From Sphaerodactylus townsendi (Eukaryota), in NCBI RefSeq assembly GCF_021028975.2, contig NC_059430.1, positions 42,656,001 to 42,720,000 of the forward strand: 64,000 bases of DNA, given 5' to 3'. The position numbers were made by a program, and so were the translations under genes. Shown one piece after another: positions 1 through 12,757 of the stretch (position 1 is the stretch's first letter; the number at the start of each line of letters is the position of its first letter). The notes under the pieces are model-generated. The model searched no databases and was not told where the DNA came from. It worked only from the letters and a program-made list of their open reading frames with translations.

Positions 1-417
1 GCACCACGCAAGAAGCTGCACATGATGTCCCATGCAGCTAGTTGATCCCTATCTTGCAAGGTGTTCCTTCCTGCCCTTGTACCGCCTGAATTGCTGCTGT
101 CACCATGCCCACAGACTCTGGCCATTAAATTCAAGGGAAAATTATATATAGCTGAAATCTGCAACATGAAGGAATGACCTTATACTGCCCAATGAATGAT
201 TCAGTAGTGGACATAAACGCACTGAACTTTGGGACACTGGCATTTCTGAATGCTGTGGTACCAAAAGCTGAATCATATGGCTATTTATAAAAGTTATGTG
301 TATTCTCAGCAAAATGACCAGTTTGATTCAGGAAAATTCATGCTTTGCCCCTGACACTTTTGACTTCTTCCTTTCGTTTCCTTCCTGAGACATGAAATAT
401 CCTTTGATCCTTTACAG

Positions 418-585
418 GTATCAGACATCTACATGGCTGCAAAGTTTACAGCATATGCCATCAGTGGTCCACCAGTAGAGGAGGATCTGCCAGTTTTCAG
501 CTGGTCACGTTTCAATTCAACAAAGCACCAAGGCTTGCCAGACTCATATAATTTTGATTTTATCACCATGGTGCCAGTTCTATGA
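418..585 (+). CDS. PLBD1: Terminal coding exon of phospholipase B domain-containing 1 (C-terminus)
   Basis: Acceptor tttacag|GTA at 417/418; translates VSDIYMAAKFTAYAISGPPVEEDLPVFSWSRFNSTKHQGLPDSYNFDFITMVPVL*, matching the PLBD1 C-terminus as I recall it (AISGP..LPVF.W..F...HQG.P..YNFDF); PLBD1 neighbours ATF7IP in amniotes. Confidence 0.93.
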   Translation, partial: VSDIYMAAKFTAYAISGPPVEEDLPVFSWSRFNSTKHQGLPDSYNFDFITMVPVL

Positions 586-650
586 AACTGGCATCAGAGT
601 TTCAACATATGGGGGGAAAGATTTTTCTATGTAGTTTTGCAAATATACCA

Positions 651-656
651 AATAAA
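651..656 (+). promoter_or_regulatory. Polyadenylation signal of PLBD1
   Basis: AATAAA 65 nt after the stop codon, followed by T/GT-rich sequence. Confidence 0.7.
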
Positions 657-2889
657 CTGATCTGTGCACTCCTGAGATTCTGCCTTTGATTTCCTACCTT
701 GAGTTTGTGTGTGCAAGCTATCCTGAACAATATCTACACAGATGTAGTGAAATATATTTTCTGTTGCAGTTCGAAGGTTCCTTCAGGTGCGCAGCTGGAC
801 ATCCATACATTTTGCCTTTCTGATTTCATGTTGCATTTTTTACTACAGTAACCACTCCTTGACAGAGAATGTGAATTACCTGTTTAGTTCTTGGCAGTGA
901 CTTAAATGACACATGCACACTGTGATTGCACCTGTTGCCCTCTCTGAAAGGTTTTATTTTAAGTAAAGCAAAGATCAAACCCTCACATATACTTCAAGTA
1001 TATTACTATTCATTTCTTCAGTTCCAAGTCTTTCAAAAATCAAACAAAATAAACCCTGCAGTTTGGAAACAAAAGAATAGACCAGCAGGCACCAAATAGG
1101 ACACATAACACACTTCTCCACTATCTTACATTGCTTGAGTCTTGCATATTCTACAGTAGCCATCAGATGGCAGCAGAATCTCACTTATGTGCAACATTCG
1201 CTAATACTATCCAAGTAGTCCTTCCTTTCCACGCTTGCTGCATGTGCATCCTCCACAGTATTCTACTACATTAGAGAATGCAACAGGATCTGCTCTGACA
1301 CAAATACCCCATATGTCAATTTAAAGAAATGGCTAGCATTTTAAACAGCCAAATAGTGACTTAGCACACACAAAACAAAATAAATAAGGCTGGGTGAGCT
1401 TTTTGACCAGAGTGCAGCCCTGCAACCCCGCCCCATCGACTAATGAATATGCTGGTGTGCTGTCAAAGATCTGAGCAGGGAGGGTGAAGAAAGGGTTGTA
1501 CTTGGCCAGAAATCCTTTATGGGAGTATGGTACTAGAAAAGTTCGCAGAGCTCAAGATGCATACTAAATGGTGGCACATCAGGCCAGTTGGCTGGCCATG
1601 GCAGTTCCCTTGCTGTTCCACAAAAGTCAGCATACAGCCAGAAACCTCCTGTGCCTACTTCATAGCATGAGCAAACGGAGTGCCAAGACTTGGTAAGATA
1701 CAGCACACAACTGTTGGCTGCAGGCACTCACTTTGGACAGGGTCAGAAAGAGCTATGATTGAAGACATCACCATTCCTGCTCCATATGTTGGGCTCTGTC
1801 TCAGCTTGACTACAAACCTGTGTCTTATGATGGAGGAAGGGAGCAACGGTGCCAGCAAAGTGATCTGAAGGGTCATTGATTGGAATGTTTGTCTACCCTG
1901 ACTTCATTCTAATAAGTTGCCATTGTTAAGTAACAATATAACCTCAAATTCTTCATGTCCGTCTTTTGGTATGTATCAAACACATGTACAGTACTGAATC
2001 ATAGTGTGTTACTCTGTTTGGATAAGCCTAGTGTATAATGGGATTGTAGAGGGAGAGTTTGCAGGGAATGAAGGAAACAGGTCACTAGGCATTGATGCAG
2101 TCAAGCAACTATGTTTTGAAACCACAGATCTTTAGCCAAGGCAACTGGTACCCGGTGGGCTGTTGGAGCAGAGCCAATGCCAACAACAGGCACCAACCAA
2201 ATGCCACCTCTCCTTTTGCTACTATGTTTACAACAATAGCAGAAATTATCAATGTCAGAAAGAAATCTTACCACATGCCCCCTTAGAGTTGCCTGGCAAA
2301 TGGTGGGAGAGTTAGCGTGAACAGCATCCCAGGAGAAAAATAACAAAATAAAAATAAGGCCTCATCTACTTATTGAAAGTTCTGACTGTAGAGCTCCTCA
2401 CAAAGGGTGGCTCTAAGAATCACCAGAAACTCTATGGTTTCTGCATTTTCACTCTAGGAATTTCTAAGAACTCTATGATTAGAACTTATGTAGGTGGATG
2501 GGAACTTATTTTTCTTTTTAAATTTTCTCCCCAGGACAGCTCATATCTATGGCTCCAGTTTTCACCCACCAAACAGGTAAGCATTGCCTGGAGGTCTCCC
2601 ACCAAAAGTGGGCAAATAAGAATCCATGCCTCTCTAACCCACTACTGAACACACTTATCATACAGTAAGATTTATGAGATAAGTGATATGAGCACATCAG
2701 ATCCAGAACTCTGCTAGCTTACAACCATTTTACCAAACCAGGGTAAGGGCTTCTGTTTTCAGATAGGAGAACATTTAAGCAGGCAACATTTTTTTTCTTC
2801 CTTGAGTGGTGTTCTCTTTGTACGTTGCTAGATGAAAATTTAAAAAAATAATTTCAGGTTGTTTTGCAGTAAGACATTATTAGAGCAAC

Positions 2890-4891
2890 CAGGGGTGTAT
2901 TTTGGTTACCCCATGTCCACGGGCGCCCCCATTTGGTAACGGGGGGGCCTCCGCAAAATTTCAGATTCATTTGTTTTTTGTAGCGTATTTTTTGGCCGGC
3001 AGGGGGCACAGTTTTTAGGTTACTGGCACCAAAATTTCAGGGTATCGCCAGGTGACACTCCTGATGATACCAGCCAAGTTTGGTGAGGTTTGGTTTAGGG
3101 GGTCCAAAGTTACAGTTCCCCAAAGGGGGCGCCCCATCCCCTATTGTTTCCAATGGGAACTAATAGTAGATGAGGCTAGTCTTTTGAGGGTGCATATCTT
3201 TGGACCCCCTGAACCAAACTTCACTAAACCTAGGTGGTATCATCAGGATAGTCTCCTGCTGATACTACCTAGGTTTGGTGAATATTGGTTCAGGGAGTCC
3301 AAAGCTATGGACCCCCAAAATGGGTGCCCCGTCCCCCATCCAATGGGAGCTAATAGTAGATGGGGCTACCCTTTTGAGGGTCCATAATTTTGGACCCTGA
3401 GCCAAACTTCACCAAACCTGGGTGGTATCATCAGGAGAGTGTGCAGAAGATAGCCTGAAATTTTGGTACTGCTAGCTTAAAGATTGCTCTCCTGACAGGC
3501 ACCCTCAAATTTTCCCCAGATTCTTCCTTTAAAACCACCCCCCTCAAAGTGGATTTAAAGTGAGAATCTGGGCTCCCTAGATTAAAAATCATTGAAAGTA
3601 TTGTCGAAGACTTTCACGGCCAGATTCAACTGGTTGTTGTGGGTTTTAGAGGCTGTGTGGTCGTTGTCTGGTAGATCTTGTTCCTAACATTTCACCTGCA
3701 TCTGTGTCTGGCATCTTCAGAGGTGTATCACAGAGAGAAGTCTAAGAGAAGTCTGGACACAGTTTATAACAGACTTCTTTCTGTAATACACCTCTGAAGA
3801 TGCCAGACACAGATGCAGGCGAAACATTAGGAACAAGATCTACCAGACCACAGCCACGCAGCCCGGAAAACCCACAACAACCAACATTGAAAGTGATGCT
3901 GTTTGGGGGGTGGGTGGGGAATCTACCATGAAGCAGCATCATTTTCAATGTTGTTTAAAGTAGGGAGCCCAGATTCTCCCTTTAAGGTGGATTTAAAAGG
4001 AGAATCTGGGCTCTCTAGTCTAAACATCATTAAAAGTGATATTATTTGGGGGGTGGGATGGGGGGAATCCACCCTGTAACAGCATCACTTTCAATGTTGT
4101 TTAAACTAGGGAGCCCAGAGTCTCCCTTTAAGGTGGATTTAAAAGGATAATCTAGGTTCTCTAGTCTAAACAACATTAAAAGTGATGCTGTTTCAGAATG
4201 GATTCCCCCACCCCACCCCAATAAAGCATCACTTTCAATGTGGTTTAAACTAGGGAGCCCAGATTCTCCCTGTAAGGTGAATTTAAAAGGAGAATCTGGG
4301 CTCTCTAGTCTAAACAACATTGAAAATGATGTTTTGGGGTGGATCATCCCCCCCCACCCCAACAGCATCACTTTCAGTGTTGTTTAAACTAGGGAGCCCT
4401 GGGTGTGCAGATTTGTGAGTTGGGGCATGTTCTATAATGTGATGGTGACTTTGAGATGACCTGGTGAAATTATTTTGGTTTTTTTTTGGGGGGGGGGTGG
4501 CCGCCCATATGGAGGGGGCAGAAAACTCAGATTTTGCCCTGGGCTCCATTTTCCCTAGCTACACCTCTGGGAGAGAGCCATGTATGCTTTGCTGGAAGTG
4601 GGGTGGGGAGTGATTTGTGAGAGATTTATATGCTTAATACCCACTTGCACTGGCTTGGAGCTGTTTCTCAGGCTAACAACCTACCTCATAGGATTGGTGT
4701 GAGGACAAAATTAGGAAAGAGAGTAGGTGCGGAGAGAGCCATGTATGTTTTGCTGGGGATGGGAGGTGTTTTGGGAGCTGGTGCAAAAATTATTGTTTGG
4801 TCGTGGTGGGGAAGGGTGGCCACCCATGGAGGGGGGCGTGGCCAAACTCAGGTTTTGTCACTGGGCTCCAGTTTGCCTAGATACGCCTCTG
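2890..4891. mobile_element. Non-autonomous hAT DNA transposon (~2 kb) with internal palindromic repeat arrays
   Basis: TIR CAGGGGTGTA (2890) / TACGCCTCTG (4882-4891); 8-bp TSD AGAGCAAC / AAAGCAAC; internal inverted-repeat units at 3020-3480 and 3500-4400; second internal terminus TACACCTCTG at 4560-4569. Confidence 0.8.
3600..3884. mobile_element. Penelope-like pLTR fold-back insertion nested in the hAT element, with two decayed hammerhead motifs
   Basis: Starts ATTGTCGAAGACTTTCACGGCC; inverted arms ~3636-3740 / 3765-3884; CTGAAGA...GAAA core at 3794-3824; duplicated flank CATTGAAAGT (3590-3599 / 3885-3894). Confidence 0.75.
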
Positions 4892-5066
4892 AAAGCAACC
4901 CAATGTAATGTATACCTTTGCACAAAATAGCAAATGGAAAAAGTGATGGTGGGCAGTGAACCAGAACATTTCCTGCCTTAGCAAGCACTGAGATGTCTTT
5001 TAAAGTTCCAGGCTCTTAACAGTCTGAATAAAGCACACAAGAATCAAAAAGTTAAAAACCCAGTAG

Positions 5067-5072
5067 TTTATT
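5067..5072 (-). promoter_or_regulatory. Probable distal polyadenylation signal of ATF7IP
   Basis: TTTATT on + = AATAAA on -, followed on the - strand by ttttgattcttgtgtg (U/GU-rich downstream element). Confidence 0.6.
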
Positions 5073-7183
5073 TCAAAGTATAAATTTCAGGCTTGTCAGA
5101 CAAAACCCCACTACAATTAACACGTATACAGACACTAATCTATAATGCATACAAAAACTGGGGAGAACTTGCCACTGCCCCGCTCAAACTGGACTTTTTG
5201 GTACGTCCTACAATATCTTTATTTACAAGTTAATCTGCGGAAGAAAAAAAATCAAGAGTGCAAGTTTATATAAAGGGTTTTGTAGGAGTTTATTTGCCAA
5301 TGGCTGATAAGTTACTGAAGTCCAACAAGTACCCCAACGTTTGGCTGTCCAGTTACTTTATTTACAGATAGAACTTCAACTTCAGACAGCGCTTAAAATA
5401 TCTTCAAAGCAGAAAAGCCAGCACAAGATGAGAAATCTATCCATGTGCTTTAAAATATTGATTAGATCCAATGACAAAAGGAACCAAGATTTTAAGTTGT
5501 ATTTATCTATGTGTGTTTTACCCTCCTCAACATGAGCTTTTATAGTAAGGTTGCAATAACTGATTTATGGCAATGCTAGAAGACCCCACCAAAACACTGG
5601 TACCCAGTTCACCTCCCTCACCACAAAAATATGAGGGGCAGAGAAGAAAGAAAAATAACTCCATATATTTAAGATACATAGCTGTGAAAACAATATAATT
5701 TTTGTTTTAAAAATCTGGATATTTTTGCAGTGGAGAACTTGAAAACACCAAGAGAGTTCTAAAAGTCTTCATCCCAACATTGTTGTTTTTTTACTGCATA
5801 TGCAGTTTTCCTATTTAATACTGTTAATGTGGCTATTCAGGGAACAAGTTAAAAAGCGACTTAACACCCAATCTGATTCTACATCTGATATAGATTCTGC
5901 ATCACAGACCACTTAAGACACACAGCCTAAAGTGAAAGGGTGAACTGACAATTTATTGCAGTACAACACTGTTCAAATCCCAGCAACTTTCCTCTTGACT
6001 CCACAAATGCCATTAGCTTTGACACCATTTTTCTGGAATGTATATACTGAAGAGGCACAGCCATGCCCCCAATATAATAAAACTTCAGGTTAGAGCTACT
6101 TTCAGTGATTCAACTATCCTTGAGTAACCCAGCATACTTACTAATATGTTAAGAAATCTTAGAAATCTGTTTTTTCCTAATTAGTTGCCACCGTCACATA
6201 TGAATTGTTCTTGCCCTCCTCCCCTTCCAATCTACTGAGGTCTTGCCAGAAAACATTTACTTGCTGTAATCTGAGGGACAAAGTAGGAAACATACAAACG
6301 ATTTGAGAGATTTAGTAGCAGTTTTCCATTACTTCCTCATGTTCAACAGCAAAAACATCTCACATGCCCCTTCCCGTCTTCTAAAATGGAATGTTACTAA
6401 CCACCCGACGGATTCTCAAGTTCTCAGTGTAAAGAACAGAATGTTGCTGAAATTCAGATGAAAAAATACCACTTCACCTTCACATTTAACAACAGTAGAA
6501 AACAGAATGTAAGAATGGGCCAGCCCATCTACTGCAGTAAGGAAAGCATGGTGAAAAAATACTGACAAACTGCAATATGGAGAATAACATCCCTCCATGT
6601 CCTTTTTCCTTGAAGCTTTCTTTCCATCATCTCTTTTACATCTGTAATGCATACACCATGTTGAGAGGGTTCAATTTGACCATAAGCATCGCAAAGTAAA
6701 ACCCCAATAACTGTACTTTGATATTCTGCAATTCTGTTAGGTCCTAATACTTTGAAAGAAAAGTCAGTTTACAGGCAGATGCTCAGTGGAAAATAAACCA
6801 CCTCTCCTTTCTTTGAGAATATGGCACCAAAAAAAGGCTACAAACTCCAAACTGTGTGCTCCTGCAGACAGAGCACTCTAGTGTCTATTTCTGCCTTCCC
6901 CATGGTATTACCTACATAATTAGTTCAAGATGTTCATTCTGATCCATAACAAAGTTTTGGGGTTTTTTTACTAATAGTCTCTCTACCAGTTTCTGTTTGT
7001 AAATCTGCTTTGCCCTCAATTTAGGATTTAATTTAACAGCTGCAATTGACACATTACAAGTTTTTTTGTTGCTGTTGTTGGAAGTGCAACAATATCTGGC
7101 TCTCAATGCAGAAGTAACAGAAAAAGTGTAGTTGCCAATATTGTCTCTCTGTCAGTTATAAGGCAGAATGTAGTCGATCCAGG

Positions 7184-7626
7184 CAGAGGCGTAGCTGGGC
7201 CAAACTGCACCTGGTGCGCAGTCTATATTTTCCGCTCCCCCATGGCCCCCCCACGGCGCTCCCCCTTCCCACACTTACCTTAGTTCCTTTTCTTTTCCTA
7301 GAACTTTTTCAGGCTGAAAAAAAGGCCTATTCACAGTTCAGGCTTAAAAACGGCCTGATGGGAACTATAGTTCCCAAGAGACCTTGTGAGCCCCAAGGTC
7401 TCCTGGGAACTGTAGCTCCTCAGGCTGTTCTTAGCCTGTACTGTGAACAGGCCTTTTTTTCAGCCTGAAAAAGTTCTAGGAAAAAGAAAGGAACTAAGGT
7501 AAGTGTGGGAAGGGGGGGCACCATGGGGGGAAGGGGGGAATTTTAAAATTCCCCCCACGCGGACTCAAATCATATAACACACGCATGTGGCACACCTCCT
7601 CACTTCCCCTGGTAGCCCCGCCTCTG
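7184..7626. mobile_element. hAT MITE with ~125-bp-arm internal palindrome
   Basis: TIR CAGAGGCG / CGCCTCTG; perfect 8-bp TSD GATCCAGG (7176-7183, 7627-7634); inverted arms ~7260-7385 / 7395-7518. Confidence 0.9.
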
Positions 7627-8784
7627 GATCCAGGCAAGGATACTGATATTTTCTGGGTTCACAGATCTCTGATTCTTTTCAGTAGCAAGTTCAAGCATGA
7701 TCTCTGGTTGCAAATTATCTTCCTTTGTGTGAAAATGCATGCCTCATATATTCCATATATCCACACTCTTTTCAGCTATATTCTATCTTGTGCTCACTGT
7801 TTGAAGATAAGCAAAAAGCATGAGTGCTAGCAAGAAAGAGGCAAAGCAGACTGAATCTTTGGCTACATATGACTGGGATTACTGCAGTCACACACAACTC
7901 TTAACTTTCTCTCCCCCCCCCCCGCCTTTAAATCAATTTTTATATTTAAAAATGCTTTTCCACAGACTTTAGATTATTCTAGTGTCAGCTGATTTTTAAA
8001 AAGCATTACTGCTGTTAAGTTAGAGAGGAAGCCCAAGTATGCCTCCAAACTGAGGAGAAAATATTCAAGTGGTCACTCTAGAGAGATCATTGTTTGCTTC
8101 AAGGTGCCAACTAGCAAACAAATAGACAAACAAGTAGACAAAATAGTTTTGTTTCTGAAGGCAGCACCACTGCTAATTTAAACAAGTGAGGCAAATGGAT
8201 CATCCACAAGAGTAAAATTCACTCAAGTTCAAAGGTAATTCGTGAATAGACCACTAGAAATAAGCAAAAGATCCACAAGAAAGCTGGTTCCTCATCACTC
8301 AAAAGCAACTCCTTGGTTGTAAAATGTAGATGAGGATATGAGGTGTATAAAAATAACAGAGATTTTTACTGCACATATGTTGTCACAGTTGCAGAATTAA
8401 GACCCTGTCTTCCCAACATATATAAGCTCAGCGTTGTTCCAGCCGTTGGCCTTCTCCCTTTTGGAATCTTGCATTTCATGGTTTCAGCTCTACCAGCTTC
8501 AAAAATAAGACAAGAAGTGCTAGACTTTTGGCCAGACAACGAACAGAGAAGAGCTGTCCCCAATTAGAGCAGCTTTCCACTGGAAGGTGATATGGTGCAG
8601 CTGTTATTCATTGTCCATGGAAGGTGTGGTTTACACTTGTTTGTCTTATGTACTAGGTCCTGGTGGGATGGAAGGAGATGGAGGCACTGTTCAGTTGTTC
8701 TGGCTCAGCACACTGAAAGAATGAAAGGCTGTACCAGAAGATGGAGTTATAATGGCTTAAAGAAAGCAATTACCAGGATGTAAG

Positions 8785-9524
8785 TGTCCAGAGACGACCT
8801 CCCTGGAGTTCCCCCTCCTGCCAGTGCTGGACGTTCCCAGCCAGCCAGCCAGCCAGCCCCTCACTTACCGCAGGGTGTGACATGGGCAGACAGCAGACAA
8901 ATGGCCAACAATGGTCCAGAGGCGTGGGGGAGGTCGGCAGGCTCATGGTGGCAGAAAGCGCTTCCATGGCTGGAGCCGCTAGTGGGATCAGCAGAAAGGA
9001 CAGCATGCTTGGGTGAGAGAAGACCTCAGCCAGCCAGGAAACCCCAGGACTGAAGAGGGGACAAATGGGCTGAACACAAAAAGGAGTGCCCAGATGGCCT
9101 GGTTGGTGGCAGGGTGGGCTTGGGAGCTAACTACAAGGAAGTCCAAGGTCAGACCTGACCTCGGATGATAGGAAAGGCCCCAGACATTGAAGGAGGGCAG
9201 AGCCAACACAGAGCAAGGAAAAGGCAGCACATGGGACCAGAGAGGTGGGGAGAGATACAGCCTGAGAGCAGAGAAGCAGGGAAAGCTATTTTCCCCAGCT
9301 GCAGGGAATGGTGGGTGGTGCTAGTGAAAAGGAAGATTATAAGAAGCCCAGCAGCCAGACAGCCGAGGAGGAAATCAGCTGGATATTTCTGAAAGAGAAC
9401 CCAGCAGCCAGGGACAGCTGAAACACCCAGTTGAGGTCCTGGCCCTGTTCTAAGACCCAAGGGAGGGTGACCAACACGATAGTGGAGGGCAAGGGGCCAC
9501 AGCACGTGAAGGGGGAATGCCACA
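8785..9524 (+). mobile_element. Solo LTR (740 bp)
   Basis: TGT...ACA ends, 4-bp TSD TAAG (8781-8784 / 9525-9528), GC-rich versus flanks; TATAAG at 9338 suggests + orientation. Confidence 0.72.
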
Positions 9525-10455
9525 TAAGTATGTTAACAATATGGTGTCATGCACCCAAATCTCCTGTGGCATACCAACTTCCTCTGACAAAGGTGAATAA
9601 ACCTATCTTTACCAATTCATCAGACTCAAGCATTTCAACACTGGCTTGAAGTATCACAACTGAGAATTAATCTAGGAAGACTGGTTGCTACACTTCTATG
9701 GACATCTGCAGGGAGAGGTTGTGGAACTAGCTAGAAGAGCTGAAAAATGAAAATGGCAAAAGGAGAGGAAACACAGAAAAGATGACGGCATTTATTTTTG
9801 AACTTACTGTTTAAGGCACAAATTAAATTTTTTAAAAAGAGAAGGACAGGTAAGAAGAGGGTCAGGAATGCAAATGAAACAACTTTCTACAAACCTGTTT
9901 TCAGCCTGGTCTCAGAATGCTTCCTGAGACTAGCAAGAGGATTGCTCCCTCCCCCATAAGCAGATACACATACATTCCTCAAGAACTGGCCACTCCTCCC
10001 CCGCCCCCCCCCGCCCCCGAAAAAACAACAACCAGTCAGTGTCTTCTAATGTAAGACTGGTCATTCTTCCAGTACTAAAGAAAGCAAGACCCCGAATCCT
10101 GGTTTCCCTCTTGACCCAATATGCCTCTTTGTGTCAGGGCTAATAATTCCTCCTCATCCTACTAAGATTTTTATTTGTATGAAGCCATATGCCAAAGATC
10201 CAGGGCCTCACTGCTGAACAGCAGCTTGACAGGGAAGGGGAGAAGAATTTTATACTTCAAGATTCCAGCTGAAATACAGGCTCTCCCACATTATGCTAAA
10301 CATTTATTTGGGTTATAAGTTTATGTAGTGTGTGACAACTGTCCAAACTAACCTTGCAGAAAAAGTTTTACAGTGAGTTTCATGCATGGGAATAAACCCA
10401 AAACCAGAGTAAGCTGCATTGTGGGGGCACGATGGAAGCCTTCAAAGTCTCCAGT

Positions 10456-10872
10456 TTAACTGCTTTGGGAAGCAATCACATCTGTAGACTGGGGGTCACA
10501 GAAAGGTCCGAAGCGTCCATAGATGTCCTTAGCACGGACAGCAAAATAGTATTTGCTGCCAGTCACAAACTGAGTAAGTGTGCAAGCCATAGGCAAAGGA
10601 AGGGCTTTCACCTCCCCAATCTTCTTCCATTGGGAGGGCACAGTGGCACTAGGGTCCTCATGGTATGCATACAGATGATAGCTATCCACGCTGGCACAGC
10701 TCCGTTCCACTTCTAAAACGCTCCAAGAAAGCACTATGCCATTCTGGCTCTGTACACGTGCTAGCTTCAGATGTGGCTTCTGCGGCAGAGAGGTATTAGC
10801 AGCTTCAGGGGGCAAGCGTGGTGGCTGCGGGGCATCTGGCAGTGGGGCGGGATGCAGAGGCCGCACGGATTC
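10456..10872 (-). CDS. ATF7IP: ATF7IP last coding exon (fibronectin type III domain)
   Basis: ccttccag|GAA acceptor; [17 protein letters not shown]...[44 protein letters not shown]...[57 protein letters not shown]. Confidence 0.97.
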   Translation of the reverse strand, partial: ESVRPLHPAPLPDAPQPPRLPPEAANTSLPQKPHLKLARVQSQNGIVLSWSVLEVERSCASVDSYHLYAYHEDPSATVPSQWKKIGEVKALPLPMACTLTQFVTGSKYYFAVRAKDIYGRFGPFCDPQSTDVIASQSS

Positions 10873-12757
10873 CTGGAAGGCAGAAAAAATATTTCAGAGA
10901 ATAAACGCTGTGTGGATTGGTGTACATGTCTCTCATTCTATTTTCAAAAGTGTATTAGGTCAACAAATCAGTTTATATTATCACATAGCCACAGTCAATC
11001 CAAGGTCCCAAAAAGCACTAGATAAGATTAACAGTACAAAAAATTAAGAAACAATATCATATTCCCAAGCTCTAGTGCAGAGAAATCATGAGTAAGCTAG
11101 TTATTTTTTTAACCGATGCTGATGAATATTTTAATTCCTCAAAATATAAACCTTGGCAGCTTGTAATACAAGCATTCAACACGAAAATCAGCATTATGGC
11201 ACCAAGTTATTCTCTAGTTTATAGCTGTTAGAAGGACCATACTTCCAGAAATTATGTACTCAGAAAAATGGACTGCTTACTTGTAACTGCACAAAAAGGC
11301 TGCAAAGCTCTGATTCGGAATACTCCACAGCTAGGCTTTTAGGCTTAATATCCTGACCCACACCAAGTACACATGCTAATGCATATGCCCAAAATAAAAA
11401 ATTAATAGCTTCTTGCTCAGTTCTTCCAGAACAGCAAGTATTAAGCATTTGTTATGGAGAAACAGGGTAGGTTGTATGACTGGACAAATAACTACAAGTT
11501 ACAGGAAATCAACTTGTTCGTCTTCTTTGTGGTCTCTGGGCACTCACACAAATGGGAAGACATCCGCAAGCTCGCTTAGTTGGGCACTGGATATCAGTAC
11601 AACCCATGAAAAAACAACGTTGAGCACAGCACTTTCAAAGGAGGCATCCCCCAAAGTTCTGACATTCAGGGCATAATGCCTTAGAGAAGTGGAAAGTTGT
11701 GACCAAGTGGTTGCTCCAGAAAAGGAACACCTTTGCTAAACATAGAAGCCCTGACTCTTTTTGAGTGCAATCAAGCTGCCAACTCACAGCATAACTTTGT
11801 GGCTGATGAAACCCAACACCTAAGGCACCAAGACTTTGTTATCTTTTGTTCTGGTCCTTACAACAAACACAGCACCATCCAAACCTGGAGCTGGTGGGAT
11901 GTGGAACCAGTGTGGTGCTGCCTCACTGCCTGCAACAGGGCTTTCCAGTGGTGCAGGGAGCTTGGAAAAGCTCCAAAACTCCCCCACTATTAGAAAGCGG
12001 CTTAAGTCCAAGGGCTGGTACACTGTGCAACCAGCCCTAAAACCCCAAATCAGTCAGCTCCATCCTGAGAGCACCCTGACCCACCCTCCCCCGCCCCATG
12101 CTGCAGTCTGAGTAGGGTGCCAGCGCAGTCCTGCTGCAGCCTGGACTTCTGGGTTTTGTGGTAGTGGGGCTGCAGGACACATGACCACCAGTGCGTCTGC
12201 CCCCTCCACTGGGCTAAGTGCTCTGGGGAAGGCAAATGGGCCGGTGTGAAGTCATGCTGGTTGCAGGAGCCCTTCAGCCCTCCTTTGAATGGGGCTTACA
12301 AACAAGTCAGGATTCTACCTAAAGGGATCCGTTCTATCGAGACAGAACTGACATTGAATGCAGTGTTATTTCACTGGATTCAAGAAGCACATTTCTTTAC
12401 ACTGGTTATTATAATTGTTCTTCTTGTCTCTCTGTGTAAGTTGCTGGAACACTGCATTTAGACTTTTGATTCTGTTTTCCTTTGCCTCTCACTTATTTTT
12501 ATCTCTCCCTTTCCTCTACCCACCTGCCTCCCTACTGTGCATGCCCACCCAATCCCCTACTCATTTATAGTGCTGCTGCCTCCCCCAAAAGGAAAAGTTC
12601 TGTGTGAACATCTGTACACAAATGCTCCTGTGTGTGGGGATTTAACCCCCTTCCTCCCCTCAAATTTGTCAATATAGGCCCTAATATGAGGATTTAAGTA
12701 TCCACACATAAATCCTTCTCTGTATGTTCACCTCAGCAGATGGATGAAAGTACTTAC

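Larger units (their letters stand above)
5050..10455 (-). other. ATF7IP: Probable long 3'UTR of ATF7IP
   Basis: Follows the stop at 10456; cluster of minus-strand AATAAA at 5067, 5218, 5289, 5357 with T/GT-rich sequence downstream of 5067; proximal AATAAA sites (e.g. 9791, ~10303) could give shorter UTRs. Confidence 0.6.

Noticed and set aside
1533-1876. Short ORFs between PLBD1 and ATF7IP
   Set aside because: No recognisable homology or exon structure
3500-4400. Regularly spaced palindromic repeats resembling a CRISPR array
   Set aside because: Vertebrate DNA, units are long, degenerate and alternately inverted with no unique spacers, and lie inside a hAT element
12728-12757. Alternative donor AG|GTGAAC downstream of the 113-nt exon
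   Set aside because: Weaker than GTAAGT and would add 26 nt, shifting the frame; no support from sequence alone
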